From NCBI GenBank assembly GCA_977016875.1, contig CDRNST010000015.1:434001-498000 (forward strand): DNA of 64,000 nt, read 5' to 3'. The DNA is from Pavona decussata (Eukaryota). The notes under the pieces were generated by a model. It was not told where the DNA came from, searched no databases, and was given only the letters and a program-made list of their open reading frames with translations. Every line of letters starts with the position of its first letter. Within the stretch, counting starts at the first letter, position 1. Made by a program: the position numbers and the translations under genes. Of this stretch, positions 24,167 through 37,528 are shown piece after piece.

Positions 24167-27100
24167 AAACGTTTTACTCGAATTGTTTCTGACGCCGCCG
24201 TTTTTAAACCCACAATGAAGACCCGTCAATGAAGACAATTTAGCTTCTTGTATCCATACATTTCTTTGTTTGATCAACGATTGTAACAGACTCTCATGCA
24301 CTGGCCATGGCATTCTCTTCGTGATTGTGTTAAAGATACATACTATACATAGAGAGTGAGGAAGACAGAGAGAAAGAAAATCTTAAATCCCAGTCAGGGG
24401 CCCGAATGGATAAGTGCGTTGAATCTATACCAGAAAACCGAAACAAGCTGATTGATCATCGGATAGCCAGCGAAGTTGGCACACTGAATGTCATGGGAAC
24501 ATCCGGCAAAGGAATTTCCACAAGCGAATCTTAAGGATGATTGAATTGGAGAATAGCTTCTCCACGTTCCAATGAGCTTAATTAGTGCAACCTAAATTAT
24601 GATGATGAACACAACTTCATTTTACCCATAGATTTTCCTCAAGGTTGTGTATATCAGTGGGATCAAAAGCTAATGGCCTCTAATTTAAGTAGCACGCAAT
24701 CAAGGAACGCGGCCGTGTGTTGCTATTCTTCAGTTTCAGTTACGGCACTGGTCTTTTTGTGAAGGAAGAGCAAGAATTAGAAAAGAACTTATTCCAAGCT
24801 GTGTCTAACCAAATATGAGAGAATAATTCAGCGAAAGGATGAATTATTTAATCGAGCAGTGTTGATAAGCAAGATTTTTGACATATTCAGGGGCCGGGCA
24901 ATTAATGATTCCGGAATAATAAACATCCATGAACTTAAGACCCGGAAAATCTCGAAAGGATCGACATGCAATTTATTGTCGATCTGTTATATCGTTCCTT
25001 ATAGATTTTAGTACGTTTGGAACACTTATTTTAAATTAAACTGACTGGTTGGTCAGCACTAATAATGAATGGTAACTGAAGCTATATCTGTTGATGTTAA
25101 CCCAGTCATGGACTGTAATTGTCTTAATTGTCTAGCAAGGGAATGCTAATTGCTTTCGACCTCAGACATGACTGATAGAATTCTTCTTGCTTCCTCGAGA
25201 GCGTGCAATATTATGGAAATCATAAAGCGTGCTTTATTATGGAAATTAGCTTTGTGAGGCCTGGTTCATGGTTCAGATAAATATCCGGATAGGATTGGGT
25301 AAGCACAATGAAGAACTTACCATTTAGCAATCCTTGTGATCATGAGGCACAGCAGAGTTCAAGTAAGAATAATCATTCCAATCCACTGGCAAAAAGAAAC
25401 CGCTACAAACGTTGAATTCCGCCATTTTGAACTAACGTTGTGAAGTTTCAGAAATTCAAGCTGAATTCACTGCGCAGGTCAATTCCCGCTAAAATTGATC
25501 GTCTAATTCGATTCTTTCGTTGAACGCTGTGTGGAGCCTACAGTGGTGTTTAAGAAGAAAGCCAGGGATTCGGCTCCGCAGCAACATGTATGTACTGTTG
25601 GCGCTAAGAAAAGCAAGCTCTGTCACGGAAATGGTTGTCATTGAATTGGTAGCCAGAATCTCAAAAAGTTTGATTATTGCGACCATCAATGAAGCCAACA
25701 GGTACAGACAAGAGTAAGAACAAGACCGGATCGAAAACTCTGTCACAAGATCAATTTAATGTTCGAAGGTGTGTTGGGCATCTTAACATAACTTTAATGG
25801 CTACTTCCCTGATAGCCTGAAACCCTGCTGGGCTCCTGTTGGTGCCTTTGTTGCTGAGTTGTTTTCATCGAAGAAAACCACATAATATTTGGTGTGCATT
25901 ATTTTACAATGGCAAATGTTAACCCTAGTCGCTGACCTCCGCAAGAATACAAGCGGAGTGGAAACGAATAGATTTTAGAATGCTGGATAACATTTAGAGC
26001 CATAATCTGGATTAATCATTCCCGCCAGAGTTACTAGATTGTAAATTCACGAAAATTCACGTTTTTTAATAGTTCTTTTTTTCTGTCACGAACAAATTAT
26101 ATATCCGTCTGTCATGAGATAGCCTTTTCGGTAAAAGAAATATTTAGCATTCACGAATACTCACTGAATATATGGCTCTTTATTGTCTTTGCTATCTTCA
26201 ATGTCAAACGTTTCCAGTTGCCAAGAAAAATGCCAGAAAAATCTCAAATCTAACCCGTGTCAACCTCAACAGCTAACCCGTGTCAGTATGATTTTACTTC
26301 GTAGTATTCGAAGATGTGTGGAAGGATATTAAATCTACGTGCAAATCTATATTTTCTACACTAGTGCACAGAAAGATGAGTATGAATATTTACAAAGGGA
26401 CGGTAAACGAAGGTTTTTGTTTTCGTGACGATGAACTGGGCTGTTCAGACTACGGTTGGGAACGCTCAGCACCACCTTTAAGTCACCAAGGAACTGTTTT
26501 GCAGTATTTTCCAGCATTTTCGGATCGGTGATATTGGAAAAAATTATGTCATAATCAAAACTTTAAACTTTAAACTGAATCTTTCGCCTGATCCGGTTTC
26601 CGCCCTACATGCTTTTGCAAACTGTACTAGAGATATTTCAACCTCAATCGTTGCCACCAGACAGGAAGAAATGCAAGCTGTTCTTCGTAACCGGAGCATG
26701 AATTGTTTTCAGACTGTTACTGTTCAGTTAACCTTCCTCAGCTTAAAATTCTTTAAGCTTATCCCCAAAGTTTCATCTATGCACTATTATTCTCTAATGA
26801 AGCTTTTGCAGTCTGTATTACTAAAATTAATAATGGCACTAAAGCTCGATTCATGGTATTTTTTTTTCTTCACTTTTTTTTTTCTATCCTCTGGCATTTA
26901 CTGGGAGAACGAAAACTCAGACCCAAGGATATACGAAGGTCGAATGGGGATATTAATTATCAGTTTTACTCTAACCTGCGTTTGTCAGCAACGAAAATTC
27001 ACTGTTATGATCCTATCCTTGCGTAGCAAGGTGTCACTTCATTAACGGATGTTTGGTTATGGGTTAGTTTGCAACGTCTCCAGTAGGACCCCGTACGCCA

Positions 27101-29807
27101 ACTACTGTCAACTTATGTCAACTACTGAGGGACGACCTAACAATGAACCCACGTGCTCAAGAGGATAAGGTGTGTGTCGCAAAGAGCCCGACTCAGAGTG
27201 CCCAAAATTTTCATAGGAGCTACGAGCGAGCCTTTACTGTCTGCATTACAATGCACTCACGGCCAGAAAGGATTTTATGATGCTAGATGGCAACACAGTT
27301 GTTTTGAATCAAACTTAAGTGTTTCATTCTAGGTCACTGCGGGCTCATTTGCAAAGGCTAGTCAGTATGATAGGACCGATGGTTTCCTAGCTTCTTGTAG
27401 GGGGTGAGGGGCGGGGCGGGGGAGGATATATGCTATTAAGGAAAGAGGGAAGCGTCAATGTGCAACATTAAGTACTGTCGACTTTGATTATGTTTCCTGC
27501 AGCTTGATGTGTTGCAAGTCTAGCAAGTTGAGCGTATACTTTACCCTTTTCGAAACTTGTCTTGCAACAAAAATTGCGGTGTGAGCTACAGGGAAAGTTA
27601 ATTACAACGTAGTTCAAAAAATCTGTTATAGACCTCAAATAAGGGTCATTTCTGCTGATCTTCTATTAAATTTGTGTCCAAACAGTCAATACTTTCAATG
27701 GCTAAAATGAGTCTTAAAGAAAGTTGGAATGGCTTTTGAAGCCTATGTTGACAGTCATGAATAAGGACCAAAATGCGCCTAATGCCACGGTTCGAAATCC
27801 GTGTGCACCCAGGCAAGAGCTAGAATGGGCTGAGAGGGTCTTTGGTAGGGATGTTTAATGTTCCAAATTGTGACCAAAACAGGACAGGCTTTCTCCAACT
27901 TAACACAGTACCAGCTTCATCATTGCGTTGCTACTTGCAGGAAAACTTTACTCGTGTTAACTTATCCACCAAAAGCAAGGACGACCAAGATAATTTGGAT
28001 GGAACACACGTTTTCAGAAAAGAAAACTTGCAATGACCTTGTTTTTCTGTGTTTATTTTAAGGCTCAAAAAACTTGTTGTCTGTGTTAAGCTGTGGTGTT
28101 GTTTGATTCAATCAGATTAGACTAGTTGTCGTCATGCGTAATCTTCAGTCTGGTTGAACTCATTGATTCGCTGCATTTTTAGAATTTTAACCTTTCCGCT
28201 TCAAACACGGACATTTTTCACAACAACTTAAATCGTCTGTTAGCAAATCACACTGCATCTGCGATGATTGCTGCTAAATCAGGTCATCAGGTGGGAATTC
28301 GATGAACCAAAAAATCAGTTCGCTGAGAAGTTCCAACGGTAAAATGTAACTTAGTGGGCAAAACATGCATGTTTTAACATGGATTTATCATACGAACGAG
28401 CAATTTACTATACGAATATATACAATAAACAAGTATTATTTAATGTCTGACAACTAGCGCCAATCTTTTAAAGAGTAAGTCGTGCCAGCTGGCATATTTA
28501 GTCTACCTGATCTTTCAAATAAATTGCAGAGCTCTCGAAAGTTGATTTAATCTAACAAATTAAAGTAACTATGGTTGACTTAATTGACTTGAGAAGTTGT
28601 AATGATAGTGACTGAGAGGCTGTGTATAAACTTACAGTCACCCTTTCTTGTTCCTTACTCTGACTCATGACGATGATGATGATGATGACAACCAATATTG
28701 GTAAATATAATTAATATTTTGCCGTTTGAAATAAAATTACTGTGACTAATTTATTTCGACACGAATGAGGAACTTTGCCTGTGCCTTTTCGAGAACAAAA
28801 ACACAAACAAACCAATATGTGTAGCACCTTTAATAAGCCATCTGAAAGCAAAGGTCGCACTACACCTCTACGCGGTTTGGTGAGACACCCATTCAGGTGA
28901 CAATCCCATACTATCCTTGTGGTAGCTGGGAATGTACAACAGACTCGGCAATGCATGTGGAGAAATGGATCGCCTAAATTATAGGGATCTCGTGTAACGA
29001 CAAAAAGATGTCATAATAAACCACCTTAAAGCAATGCTCACACTACATTGCTCTGCGGTTTAGCCAGTCCCTCACGTACTGGGGGAACAAAAACTCAGAC
29101 CCACGGACATACAGAGGTCCAATGGGGATATTAATTATCAGTTTTACTCTAACCTAAGTTTATCTTAGCAACGAATATTCACTGTTATGATCCTATCCTT
29201 GCGTGTCAATGAATGGATGTTTGGTTATCGGTTAGTTTTCAACGGCTCCAGAAGGACCCCTGAATTGATGATAATCATGTCAGATTTGTTGGAATGTCAA
29301 CTACTAAGGAGGCCGACAATGAACTTACGTGTTCAAGGGCATAAAGTGTACGTCGCGAGCATAGATGTATTGTGAGCCTAACTCAGAGTGTCCCAAATTT
29401 CTTCCCTGAGGGCAGACCGTGTCTAAAATTGAACTCGGCATCTTCATGGTAGCTATAAAATCTGCACATTAATTACGCAGGATGCCCTCAGTGAAGACCG
29501 TGTCAAAATTTTCGGTCGCATTCCCTCCTTTTCTTCCTCGTAGTCACAAATTGCAATGAATAAATTTATTGAACCTGAATTACATTATTTTCTCTTCAAG
29601 AGAAGATATATTTGTCTTCTATTGTTCTCATTGTCTTCAACAAAAACGGCCCAATCAAAATCAATTATCTGGATGGAGAGGGAGGGGATCGACTCATCCC
29701 TATCTGTGTGTCGTCACATAGCCACTTGTCTTTCAAATTCGAGGTCATGTTGTTTACATATTTTTGACTTAAATATGCCGTTTTCTGGAAGAAAATTACC
29801 CCCTTTG

Positions 29808-31114
29808 AAGCAGTAAATTGAAAGAATAACTTCCAAGAAGTACTTAACACTTTAAACGGTGGTAATTGGAAAGTTCTTGGCGAAGAAATCACGCGTATTT
29901 TGACAGATTGTAGAAACACAATGCGTGGAGAAAAGGTCATTGATCAGCTTAAACACACATAACACCACTTTGTCGAACTGATGCCTAAACGCTACTGGAA
30001 ATACACTTCCCAAAAAAATGAAAGGTTTGATTTCCAATTTTTACTAAAAGTTTTCAATTTGGAAAGCTTTTTATCTGTTTTTTTTTTTTTTTTTTTTTTT
30101 CATTGATTAAACGAGTACAATTCTATAGGCCTTATCACGGTTTTCGACGCCATTTTGACGGGTAGGCAAACAGGCTTGAAATAACAGTGTTTGTATGGAA
30201 ATCCGATGTCAAATAATTTTCATAAAACATCGCTTCTGAAAAATTCATGAATTGGAAACTTTTGGCACTAGGAAAAGGATTTTAGGAACAAAATTGGAAG
30301 GATGTAGCTGTGACAGAAAGCGTTCAGTCGTGTTCATACATTTCCCTGTATTTTTTTCCCGCGAACTATTTTTAGTAGCAGCTCACGGCTGGTTCGCTAT
30401 ACAGGGAAATGTTTGGAAAGTTCAAAACACGGCTGGACGCTTTCTGTCACAGCTACATCCCTCTAATTTTGTTCTTAAAATCCTTTTTCTAGTGCCAAAA
30501 GTTTCCAATTCATGAATTTTTCAGAAGCGATGTTTTATGAAAATTATTTGACATCGGATTTCCATACAAACACTGTTTAATATTTCAAGCCCGTCAAAAT
30601 GGCGTCGAAAACCGTGATAAGGCCTATTGTAATCTGGCACTTACTGACATTACGTAACCAGAATAGAAAACGTGAACCAGGCCTGAATGTGTGTGGTCAT
30701 TAGGTTATCGCAAAAAAAAAAATTCCCTGTACGATAAGTAGGGTAACTCTAGCAGATGCTGAAACGGAAAGAAAGAAAACAAACCTTTCTTAAAGCAGTA
30801 AATCAAGACAATAACTCTTAAGTAGTACTCCACAGTTAAAACGGTGGAAATTGGAGAGTTTACGGCGAAGAAATTACGCTATGACAAACAGATCGAATAA
30901 TTCAATGCGAAGGAAACTAGACCAGAGATCATAACTTAAGATCATCTCTGGTGCGTGTCGCTGCGGACTTTGTCGAACTGATGCCTAAACGCTACTGGTA
31001 TTATTCGACTTAAGAAAACAAGTAAAGGTTTGATTGTCAATTTTTACTAGTTTTACAAGTTTTCATTTAGGAAAGCTTTGTGTCTGTTTGTCTTTCTGTT
31101 TTCTTGATGAAAAC
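29808..31114 (+). repeat. Diverged ~300-bp direct repeat (29808-30112 and 30793-31114) flanking a MITE
   Basis: Shared AAGCAGTAAAT, AAACGGTGG.AATTGGA and ACTTTGTCGAACTGATGCCTAAACGCTACTGG. Confidence 0.8.
30125..30627. mobile_element. Fold-back MITE with ~220-bp near-perfect inverted arms
   Basis: ATAGGCCTTATCACGGTTTTCGACGCCATTTTGACGGG ... CCCGTCAAAATGGCGTCGAAAACCGTGATAAGGCCTAT. Arms pair to ~30350/30399. Confidence 0.92.
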
Positions 31115-31489
31115 AACTTACTGATAGTGTGTAGCCAAAATATAATTAGCGCTGACGATAAGGTTAATAGTCCAGGCTCGTAACAATCACGATAAATGCC
31201 AGTACCTGACAGATTGCTGTTATCTTGTGGTATCATTAAGAGCCATGAAACTCGCTAGATAACTAACTGCTAAAAAGTCCTCATTTTATGCAATCAACGA
31301 TCTCGAACTCCAACAGGTAATCAGCAAAGTTAATGCTTACATCGACCCACGCATTCCGCGTAACTTATAAAAAAGCGTCTAGTTATGAAAGGAGCGATGA
31401 TGTCCTTGCTTTTTTTAGGGGGTGGGAGGGGGGGGGGAGGGTATATGTTATTAAGGAATGAGCGCGACATCAATGTGCAACATTAGGTA

Positions 31490-32065
31490 GAGGGTCCTGA
31501 AGGGGCGTACCAATTCCATTTCCCAGCCCAGTTTTTCCCCAAATCCCACTTCCCAGTATTCAAATCCCATTCCCACTAGCAGAATTCAGAAAAAATCCCA
31601 GTGTTGTACACTGCCCAGCTCTTTTCTCTTCGCATCCACAAAATTACGGTTTCTAAATATGACCCAACAAAGACCCAAAAATTCACCAGAATATGCGAAG
31701 ATGTTCTGATGAAAGGATCCTACTAATACAGAGGTATTTTTGCGCAGTTTGTTACAAGGGCTATTGAAATCCAAACAGAAAATTGGTTGTTAAGCCACGC
31801 ATTTTTTTTTAGAGATAATCAAGAAACAACAATTCTAAAAAGTGCTAGAATACAAAGCGATGTATGGCATTTTTTATCAAATTTTTAAAGGCTTTATTAT
31901 CTCTGAAAAAATGCATGGTTACCCCTAATTTCCTTTTTAAATACCATGAGCATTTGCTAAGTTCTGCTTTCTGCGCATAGTTTTAAACCGCGCAGAAATA
32001 TCCTTGTATTTTAAGGGGCACCACCAATAAGAAACCCGAGTATCTCGAGATGCGCAGAACGTGTG
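31490..32065. mobile_element. Fragments of non-autonomous DNA-transposon repeats inserted in tandem unit 2
   Basis: Absent from unit 1. Contains TCCC-rich subterminal repeats and an internal inverted repeat TACAGAGGTATTTTTGCGCAGTTT / AAACCGCGCAGAAATATCCTTGTA. Confidence 0.55.
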
Positions 32066-32348
32066 GCCAGAAACAAAAGAGCGCTGTCTACTTCTTCTTT
32101 GGAGTCACTGGCACCACAACTCTGCTCCCGCCATGTTGTTTCCATTATATTAATACGCATGCTCTGTAGTCTTTTGGCTTTACACGCACCACTGCACGAA
32201 ATCCGCGTGCACCCAGGTGAGAGCTAAAGTAAGTCCCAGAATGGGCTGACAGGCTCTTTGGTAGGGATGTTGAATGCCCCAAATTGTGACCAAAACTGGA
32301 CAGGCTTTTTCCAACTTAACACAGTACCATCGTCATCATTGCGTTGTA

Positions 32349-33225
32349 AGGGAGCTTACGAATCGACGACTTTCGCACGACGGCGCCGTTATGTCACCCT
32401 ATAGTCCCGCGTCGTCGTCCTGTAGAAATTTGAATTTACGATTTGCAGTAAAGACGACGACGTTTATGCGCGACCGACAAACTTTCCCGCCGTTTCTGAA
32501 GTTTGTTTTTATCTTTTGACAAGGCGAGTTGTTTAAACCAAAATACCTAACTTCAGAGAAACGAGAGCTTGTATCGCATACGCTTATGGAAACAACTTTA
32601 TAAACGAACAAGAATTTGTACTTTTGTACGACTGTCACAAGTCAACAAATCCAGAGTTTCCGTACTGGAACTACGACAGGTTCGATTTAGACAAATGCAA
32701 TGCCGAGTTTCGTTTCTACACCGAGGACATTTATAAACTTTGCTGAACAGCTACAGCTACCTGACGAGATAACAACTTAGTCCTTTCAAATTTATTGTAC
32801 AATAGAAAATGTCATGTTTCAGTGAAGCGTGATTAAAGTGAAAGATTTTTCAAACATTAATTTACTTTTCATTCATACCATGTCGTGCTTTGAACGCTTT
32901 CAGTGTAGGTTGAACTCATAGCGTTCGCCATGGCACTGTAGAAGGTCGTTTCATGAACGAAAACAGACAAAAAAATTAAAATTAAACGTCAAGGACATGC
33001 CCCTAATGTGATACTTAAATTATCTGGCAAATACCCGAAGTATCCAGAGCAACCTTTGTAAACTATTCTCACGTCCTCCTGTTTCCAAGACGCCGGGAAA
33101 TCGCTCTCACCAACGTCGTCGACTTTGGCGCGAAGCTGGTAAGTGCCCAGAAAGGCATGCGCAGAGAACTTGTCACGCAATCTAACGGCGGCGTCGTGCA
33201 AAAGACGTCGATTCGTAAGCTCCCT
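32349..33225 (+). mobile_element. Deleted ISL2EU/Harbinger-like DNA transposon with transposase N-terminal remnant
   Basis: TIRs AGGGAGCTTACGAATCGACG / CGTCGATTCGTAAGCTCCCT, empty site at ~27928 in unit 1, apparent 2-bp GT duplication. Remnant FPYWNYDRFDLDKCNAEFRFYTEDIYKL..QLQLPDEI at ~32657-32775 resembles DDE_Tnp_4-family transposase N-termini. Confidence 0.8.
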
Positions 33226-34630
33226 GTTACTTGGAGGAAAACTTTACTCGTTTAAAATGATCCACCAAAAGCAAGGACGACCAAGATAGTTTGGATTGAA
33301 CACACGTTTCCGGAAAAGAAAACTTGCAATAATCTTGTTTTTCTGTGTTTATTTCAACGTTGAAAAAACTAATTGTCTGTGTTAAGTTGTGGTGTTGTTT
33401 GATTCAATCAGATTAGACTAGCTGTTGTCATTCGTAATCTTCAGTCTGGTTGAACTCATTGTTTCGCTGCATTTTTAGAATTTTGACTTTCCGCTTCAAA
33501 TAGGGACATTTTTCACAACAACTTAAATCGTCTGTTAGCAAATCACACTGCATCCGTGATGCTTATTGCTAAATCAGGTTACTTTTTAGTCTCACCAAGT
33601 GGTAATTCGATGAACCAAAAAATAAGTTCACTGAGAAGTTCCAACGGTAAAATGTAACTTAGTAGCCAAAACATGCATGTTTTAACGTGGATTTATCATA
33701 CAAACGAGCAAAGAACTATACGAATATATACAATAAACAAGTATTATTTAATGATCTAGAAAATGCAAGTCGTTTACTAGTTTCGCATAGGTACATATAT
33801 GACTGAGTTTACAAACCAGCCATCACAATATCCACCTTCAGATTTTCTCCTTGTCTGACAACTAACGCCAATCTTTTGAAGAGTTAGTGGTACCAGCTGG
33901 CATATTTAGTCTACCTGATCATCCAAATAAATTCCAGAACTCTTGAAAGTTGATTTAATCGAACAAATTAAAGTACAAGAATATATAATGCCTTGATAAT
34001 AATTGAAAGGAACCTCCGGCAAAACAAGCAACCGATTTGCAAATACTTTTCTTTAATTTAACTGAGGTTGACTTAATTGATTTGAGAAGTTTTGATGATA
34101 ATGACTGAGGGGCTATCTATAAACTTATAGTTATCCTTCCTTGCTCGTTATTATCATTACGATGATCATGATGATGACAAATATTGGCAAATATAATTAA
34201 TATTTTGCCCTTGGAAATAATGTTACTGTGAAAGCAATTTTTTTTCCATCGAAGATGAAGAAATCGAAATTATTAAAAGAATTTATTTCGACACAAATGA
34301 GGAAGTTTAAATTTGCCTGTGCCCTCTTGAGAACAAAAATTCAAACAAACCAATATGCGGTAGCACCTTTAATAAACCATCTGAAAGCAAAGGTCACACT
34401 ACACCTCTACGCGGTATGGCTAGACACCCATTCAAGCCCCAGTGCCAATCTATCCTTGTGGTATCTGGGAATGTACAACAGTGCAATGCCTGTGGCGATA
34501 TGGATCGCCAAATTAATAGGAATCTCGTGTGACGACAGAAGATGCAATAATAAACCACCTTAAAGCAATGATCACACTACATTGCTCCGCGGTTTAGCCA
34601 GTCCTCCACGTAGGCTATGTAAGTACTTGA

Positions 34631-34920
34631 ATAGAAGAATCTTCAATTGAACGTCGAAAGTAATTTAGCGTTATCTTTGGTTTTGCTTTACTACGCTCTG
34701 TGATTGGTTGGCAACACGTGCCACTTTCTGAACCAATGAGTAACAAACCAAAAGCAATCGTCACTAATGCGAAATGTAATTTGTCCTAAGGGGGCGTGAT
34801 CGAACGCCTTTTCCAGAGCTTGGTACCTGCTTCGAAGGATTCCGACCAATTCAGTGAACTCTTTTTGTCTGTAATGATTGGCTAGAGTGGTCACTTTGCT
34901 GTCAAGTGAAAACTGGTCCA
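34631..34920. mobile_element. ~290-bp MITE
   Basis: Imperfect TIRs (TTCAATTGA / TCAAGTGAAAA) and TTTGCTTTACTACGCTCTGTGATTGG shared with 8645-8716. Confidence 0.65.
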
Positions 34921-36505
34921 ACATATCAATTAGTTCTACAGCTGGTACTCTCTCACACTGGTTAGGTGTTGAGGACTCTTTCTACCTCCTCCCTTTGCAG
35001 CTTGAAGAGCACTGAAGGTATTACAATGAAACATGTGGAGCATACAAAATACGTTCAAAACTGTTTCCTGAACCCACAATGTGGGATAATGATGTCATGC
35101 ATCATCCTTTTTGAACAGCCGCATCCTATGTCCACTGTCTTTGATTTCGTATTCCTCAAAAACCGTCGAAATAGACTGAAAGATAGTAAACATTTAAGTG
35201 ATATCAAACAGATGAAAACACTGCGGACCTTGGTAAAAAATATAATTGTCCAAAAATATGCCTGTCGAAATAGTGTTACCAATTAATATCGAGTCTCGTG
35301 AACAGAGATCACATTGCTGTCATGACTGAGGGCAATAAGAGTAAGAAGGGCATAAGGAAGGGTTTCAAAATGTACAACTTTTGCTGGTTTTGATAGTCTT
35401 TTGATGGACTCCAAATCTTTGACGTTTATACAGTAAATTTGGTCAGAAAAATTTTATTCCTACAGGCTTTTCGAGAATTCATGTCAACATTCTCATGACG
35501 CATTGTCGAATCATATCATTCGAATTATTAATAACATATGGCAATCTGTTGATACTCATTACAAAATTTTATCTTTCAGATGGAAATGAGTAAACCTGCT
35601 GTTACGATGCATTCCACTCTATTTAATAACGTCAAAGTAAGTAATAAAAAGCTTAATTGTTCCCTAACATGTCAATATCATTGACGCAATGCCCATCAGA
35701 CTTTATGAAGGCAAGAGTAACTCTGAGGAAAAATGTGTCCATTCATATCGTTTTAAACAGGGAAAGTAAAACGCAGAGGATTATACGAAACTGTAAAAGA
35801 TACTGCTTTCTTCCCGGGAGACATACGTGAATTTAAAATTGGAGGAATGACTTCCCTGCCTTAATAATGTGTAAATAGATATATATAAACATAATGTTGT
35901 TGTGCAAATAAAATCGCGTAAAGTCGTGTGATGTCAATTAGAAAAATCAGCAGTATGGTGGAGAAGATTTGAGCTTACAAACATCCTCCAATTAATACTT
36001 AGTTATCATGGTGACAAAAGACGAAAGATTCGCGCACTAAAACACAAACAAGTTGTTGTGCTTTTGAATCTTAATGATTATAATTTGTTGGGCTTAATGA
36101 CTAACTTCAAAAGAAGTGTGAATCGTTGACTACAGTGGAGCACCAGGCCGGTATTAATCTTTCTTAGCCTACATTGAACCCAAATAAAAATTTTCAATTG
36201 AGGGAACGCTTATCGTTTAACCAGAATTATTCGTTATTTAGGAGAGCATTTTTCCATGAGTCACGGTGATGCCAAAGAATATGTCTTTTGAAAAGAACGT
36301 TCTAGTGTACTCGACGTTTCTAGCCCTGGTGATTGTGTGAAATGCTAGGTAACTGTGATGTCAGCCTTAACACAGCTTCAACGATTTTTTTATTATCTTA
36401 TCTCTGATATGCGGCATCTCAGCAGTTGGAAGAAACGCGACCCTTCCTGTGGCTCTCAACAGAACAGCGACTATTCGAGGCCGAGCAAATCACTATTACA
36501 TTGTT

Positions 36506-36690
36506 AGAGAAAAAAATTGCGGAGTGGTCTATAAAATCCAGTGCGGCGATTGTCAAGAGGTTTATATCGGGGAGACGGCAAGACCCTTTGGATATGAGCT
36601 CCCCAACTTAATCATGTGACAAAAACGTCCAACACCACTTGACAAAGATTCCGTGAGGGAATCGAAAACTTGTGCTTGAACATAAATTTT
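36506..36690 (+). mobile_element. Penelope-like element remnant: GIY-YIG endonuclease fragment plus terminal region
   Basis: Frame from 36506 reads REKNCGVVYKIQCGDCQEVYIGETARPFGYELP (GVVY-CxxC-YIGET signature). It is followed by a hammerhead-like TTGACAAA-GATTCC/GGAATC-GAAA. Confidence 0.8.
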
Positions 36691-37299
36691 CGATCCTGAA
36701 AACGAAACCTTTTTATTTTATACTATTACATTGTTTTGGTTGCTCTTGCCGACTTCTTCATAGGCTTAACGATGACTCCCTTATACATTTGAGCTACGCT
36801 CTCGTGTATCTCCCTCCCTCATCGAGTTGATTGAGTATTCATTTCCGTGGAAAGCCTTAAAATAATTACATGTAAGTAGTACTGACACTAATTTTCCTTC
36901 GGGTGAAATGGTAAATTTTAAAAGCATCAGACAAACACGAAGCAGAGATGTATCCAACTTCTAACTTCTGTCGAACAGTTTAAGGTGATAAACTGTAACA
37001 AATTTCTTTGGTTTATATCGGTGTTAAGCTACAGTAAAATTTTCGTTGCCTCGTGTTGAGGTTTTTTGTGTCCTAATGTTTTCGCTTTGTCTCGGTCATA
37101 TCTTTTCCTCTCCAGCACAAATGTTACTAGGGGCGTTTAAATGGTGTTTTAATAATTTTTTTTGTGTGTACAATTGTACAGTTATATTTTGCTTTTTTTT
37201 GTCGAATTTGAAATAAAATTAATGTTTTCGTAATTAATTTCAAGCTTGAGTATAAAAAAAATGGTTGGTAGACATAGTTGAAAATCAGTCAAATGCTAT

Positions 37300-37460
37300 G
37301 TAAACAATATCCGTCATTAAAAGCAAAAATTCGCATGGATATTTGTATTCGGAGATTATCTGTAGTTTCTAGAAGCGAACAGACTGCCCACAGAAAAGCT
37401 CGACTAAAAATGTGAGCTCTAAGCGGAACAGATTATGTCCAAAAACAGGCATATTTTTTA
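37300..37460. mobile_element. Degenerate palindromic repeat next to the gap
   Basis: GGAGATTATCTGT ... ACAGATTATGTCC inverted arms. Confidence 0.45.
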
Positions 37461-37528
37461 AACCAAGCAAAGATTTATTGTGTTTTTGTCTTCGAAATGT
37501 TTTTGCTGAAAGCGAGCGTAGGATATCG

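Larger units (their letters stand above)
26899..34612 (+). repeat. Older tandem duplication: unit 1 26899-29076, unit 2 29077-34612 expanded by insertions
   Basis: Collinear blocks 26899-27210~29077-29400, 27400-27475~31410-31490 and 27790-29076~32197-34612. Confidence 0.85.
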
